Source: a candidate division WOR-3 bacterium (GTDB taxonomy: Bacteria > Hydrothermota > Tepidihabitantia > Tepidihabitantales > Tepidihabitantaceae). Taken from it: a stretch of 64,000 bases of DNA. The stretch covers positions 32,001 through 96,000 of the forward strand of contig CBFGIT010000009.1 of NCBI GenBank assembly GCA_965648905.1, in the 5' to 3' direction. Made by a program: the position numbers and the translations under genes. Positions 61,571 through 64,000 of the stretch are shown piece after piece (the stretch's first letter is position 1; every line of letters starts with the position of its first letter). The notes below the pieces were generated by a model. The model saw only the letters and a program-made list of their open reading frames with translations, made no database searches and was not told the DNA's origin.

Positions 61571-61754
61571 TTATGCGTCTCCTGGTAGCTTTCATGAGTT
61601 TTGAGCGCGACCCAATGGTATCGCGCTGTCCTGTAACTCGAGGACAGAGAGACTGCCACGAACATCACAGTTTACCGCGCTCAGACGGCAAGTCAACCAC
61701 GAGTGTTGCCCGTACTCATAACGACTGAGTTCCCAGGTCAGCGCCTTGGATTGT

Positions 61755-61783
61755 TTGACGGAACCCGGCTCGGCGCTTAGAAT
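61755..61783 (+). promoter_or_regulatory. Sigma70-type promoter for the V-ATPase D - vanZ - hisS unit
   Basis: TTGACG-17nt-TAGAAT, 8 nt before ATG 61792, no SD. Confidence 0.6.
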
Positions 61784-61791
61784 CACCCTCC

Positions 61792-62418
61792 ATGAAGCTC
61801 GACGTCGGCGCGACGCGCATGAACCTGATGCGGCTGAAGAAGCGGCTCCTCTTGGCTCGCCGTGGGCACAAGCTGCTCAAGGACAAGCAGGAAGAACTGA
61901 TGCGCCAGATTCTCGCTCTGATTGAAGAAACCCGGACTCATCGTGCCCGGGTCGAACAGGAGATGCGGCGTATCCTCGGACGTTTTGCCGTGGCCCGCAG
62001 CGCGTTCCCAACCGAGTACCTGGACGAGGCCGTGATGCTGCCGTCAAAGCGGGTGTCAGTCACGGTAACAACCCGCAATATCATGAACGTCAAGGTGCCG
62101 GTGTTTCACAAAGAGGTATCAGGCCGGACCCGCTGCTACGGCATGGCGACGACCTCCAGCGAACTCGACTTCGCCCTGCTTGCGCTCGATGACCTGCTCG
62201 ACCCGCTCCTGACCCTTGCTGAACAGGAAAAGGCGCTCGAGCTCCTGGCTGACGAAATGGAGAAAACTCGGCGCCGGGTGAACGCCTTGGAGTTCGTCCT
62301 CATCCCGAGCATCGAAGAGACGGTCAAGTTCATCAACCTCAAACTGGCCGAGACCGAGCGCGGCGAGCTGACCCGGCTGATGCGGGTCAAGGAAATCATC
62401 CGGGGGGAAGAGAGATGA
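61792..62418 (+). CDS. ntpD: V/A-type ATP synthase subunit D
   Basis: TRMNLMRLKKRL..ARRGHKLLKDK; NIMNVKVP; EKTRRRVNALE..LIP. Confidence 0.92.
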   Translation: MKLDVGATRMNLMRLKKRLLLARRGHKLLKDKQEELMRQILALIEETRTHRARVEQEMRRILGRFAVARSAFPTEYLDEAVMLPSKRVSVTVTTRNIMNVKVPVFHKEVSGRTRCYGMATTSSELDFALLALDDLLDPLLTLAEQEKALELLADEMEKTRRRVNALEFVLIPSIEETVKFINLKLAETERGELTRLMRVKEIIRGEER

Positions 62419-62756
62419 GAAAGCCGCGTCACGGCCGGGCCTGGGTGTTTCTGGTCTGCTGGATACTGCTCACCTCGGTCGTGCTGACGATTCCGGTTCG
62501 GCGCCAGCCACGCATTGTCGAACGGGGCTATGACAAAGTCGTCCACACCGCGCTCTTCACGGTCATGGGCATTGCCGCGCAGGCCGCCGCACCTTGGGTA
62601 TCGCTGCTCGTCACGACACCGGTTGCCGTCGGCCTGGAGCTCGTTCAGCAGCGCCTTCCCTATCGCACCTACAGCGTCGTTGACCTGCTGGCCAACCTGA
62701 CCGGCATCCTGCTTGGTCTTGGGGCATTCGAGCTTTCGACCCGCCTGATGACATGA
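62415..62756 (+). CDS. VanZ family membrane protein
   Basis: DKVVH..LF; ELVQ..LPYR..S..DLLAN..G. Confidence 0.85.
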   Translation: MRKPRHGRAWVFLVCWILLTSVVLTIPVRRQPRIVERGYDKVVHTALFTVMGIAAQAAAPWVSLLVTTPVAVGLELVQQRLPYRTYSVVDLLANLTGILLGLGAFELSTRLMT

Positions 62757-64000
62757 ACGAAACCGACCCCGGCCCGCGTGGCCGACAGTCCCGGCCCAAA
62801 GGAACCAACGACCTGCTCCCGCCTGAGTCCGGTCGCTTGCGTCAGGTCGAAGCGACTTTCCGCGCGCTGGTCGAGTCGTTCGGATTTGACGAGGTAATCA
62901 CGCCGGTGTTCGAGCATACCGAGGTTTTTGTCAAATCCGCGGGCGCGGTCTCAGACATCGTCACCAAAGAGATGTACCGCTTCACCGACCGGTCCGAACG
63001 GGACCTAACCCTGCGGCCTGAGGGCACACCGGGTGTGGTTCGGGCCGTGCTCGAAAACCGATTCCGAATTCCCTGCCGGCTCTACTACGTCGGCCCGTTC
63101 TTCCGCTACAGCCGGCCGCAGAAAGGCCGCTACCGCGAGTTCCGCCAGGTCGGCATCGAGGCCTTGGGCGAGGCCGCATCTGAGACCGATGCCGAGGTCA
63201 TCTTCATCGGTGCCGAGTTCTTTCGGCGGGTGGGCATTGCCGACTGTACGGTCCAACTCAACACCATCGGCTGCCGCACCTGTCGGCCCGAGTTCCGGAC
63301 TCTGCTGGTCGAGTTCCTCGCTGCCAAGCAGGACCGGCTCTGCGCCGAGTGCCAGACCCGGGCCGACATCAATCCCCTCCGGGTCTTCGACTGCAAGAAC
63401 GAAAGCTGTCAGGCCGTGCTCGCCCTTGCCCCGAAGCCGCGCGAACACGTCTGCACCCGGTGTGCCGGCCATTTCATCGGCGTGCAACAGGGTCTGGAGC
63501 GCCGCGGCCTTGCCTTCAAGCTCAATGACCGGCTGGTGCGCGGGCTTGACTACTACAACCGAACCACGTTTGAATATACCTCGACCGCGCTCGGTGCGCA
63601 GGACAGCCTTGGCGGCGGCGGCCGCTACGACTATCTGGTCGCCGAGTTCGGCGGCCCGGACACAGCCGCGGTCGGATTTGCGCTCGGCCTGGAGCGCACC
63701 ATGCTCGCCCTGCCGCCGGCCGAAGACCGGCCGCGTCGCGCGCTGGTCTTCATTGTCTGGCTCGGTGCGACTGAGTTTCCGGCCGCGCTCAAGGTCGCGA
63801 GTGACCTGCGCGCCGCGGGCATTGCCGCCCAGATTGACTACAGCGGGCGCCGCGCCAAGGCTCAGTTCAAGGCGGCAGACGCAGCCGGTGCCGCGGCCTG
63901 CGTCATAATCGGCCCGGACGAACTGGCAAAAGGAGTCTGCGCAGTCAAGAACCTTGCCGACGGCGCCCAGACCGAAGTCCCGGCCGACCGTCTTATTGAC
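62753..64000 (+). CDS. hisS: Histidine--tRNA ligase (runs off the window end)
   Basis: ATG 62753 reads ...PKGTNDLLP...ITPVFEHTEVF...DIVTKEMYRFTD...LTLRPEGT, FRYSRPQKGRYREF, LVRGLDYY, GGGRYD. Confidence 0.95.
   Translation, partial: MNETDPGPRGRQSRPKGTNDLLPPESGRLRQVEATFRALVESFGFDEVITPVFEHTEVFVKSAGAVSDIVTKEMYRFTDRSERDLTLRPEGTPGVVRAVLENRFRIPCRLYYVGPFFRYSRPQKGRYREFRQVGIEALGEAASETDAEVIFIGAEFFRRVGIADCTVQLNTIGCRTCRPEFRTLLVEFLAAKQDRLCAECQTRADINPLRVFDCKNESCQAVLALAPKPREHVCTRCAGHFIGVQQGLERRGLAFKLNDRLVRGLDYYNRTTFEYTSTALGAQDSLGGGGRYDYLVAEFGGPDTAAVGFALGLERTMLALPPAEDRPRRALVFIVWLGATEFPAALKVASDLRAAGIAAQIDYSGRRAKAQFKAADAAGAAACVIIGPDELAKGVCAVKNLADGAQTEVPADRLID

Overview
GC-rich bacterial window. About 12 secreted beta-propeller/CARDB/cohesin proteins carry a C-terminal FlgD-Ig/T9SS-type sorting domain, which suggests a WOR-3-like FCB-related lineage (inference). 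Housekeeping genes include accD, rtcB, uvrC, nadC, hisS (partial) and an orphan V-ATPase subunit D. There is also a TetR-TolC-MFP-RND efflux operon, an MNT-HEPN pair, a serpin and an S8 protease. Main findings: (1) a tightly coupled 4-gene operon (unknown protein, two different DUF2791/BrxD-like ATPases, Lhr-like helicase) that resembles, but does not match, Shango or BREX brxD-brxHI and is a candidate new defence system; (2) a secreted BNR/Asp-box propeller with an in-frame UGA mid-blade followed by a SECIS-like hairpin, a candidate selenoprotein; (3) a fossil diversity-generating retroelement: an FGE-sulfatase target gene with VR, a truncated TR with adenine-specific mismatches, and an RT C-terminal remnant; (4) two palindromic DNA elements inserted in frame in uvrC, heptamer tandem arrays, a dispersed palindrome-headed non-coding element, and many apparently leaderless genes. 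Several single-base frameshifts could be real or assembly errors. All calls come from reading the sequence; no database searches were run.
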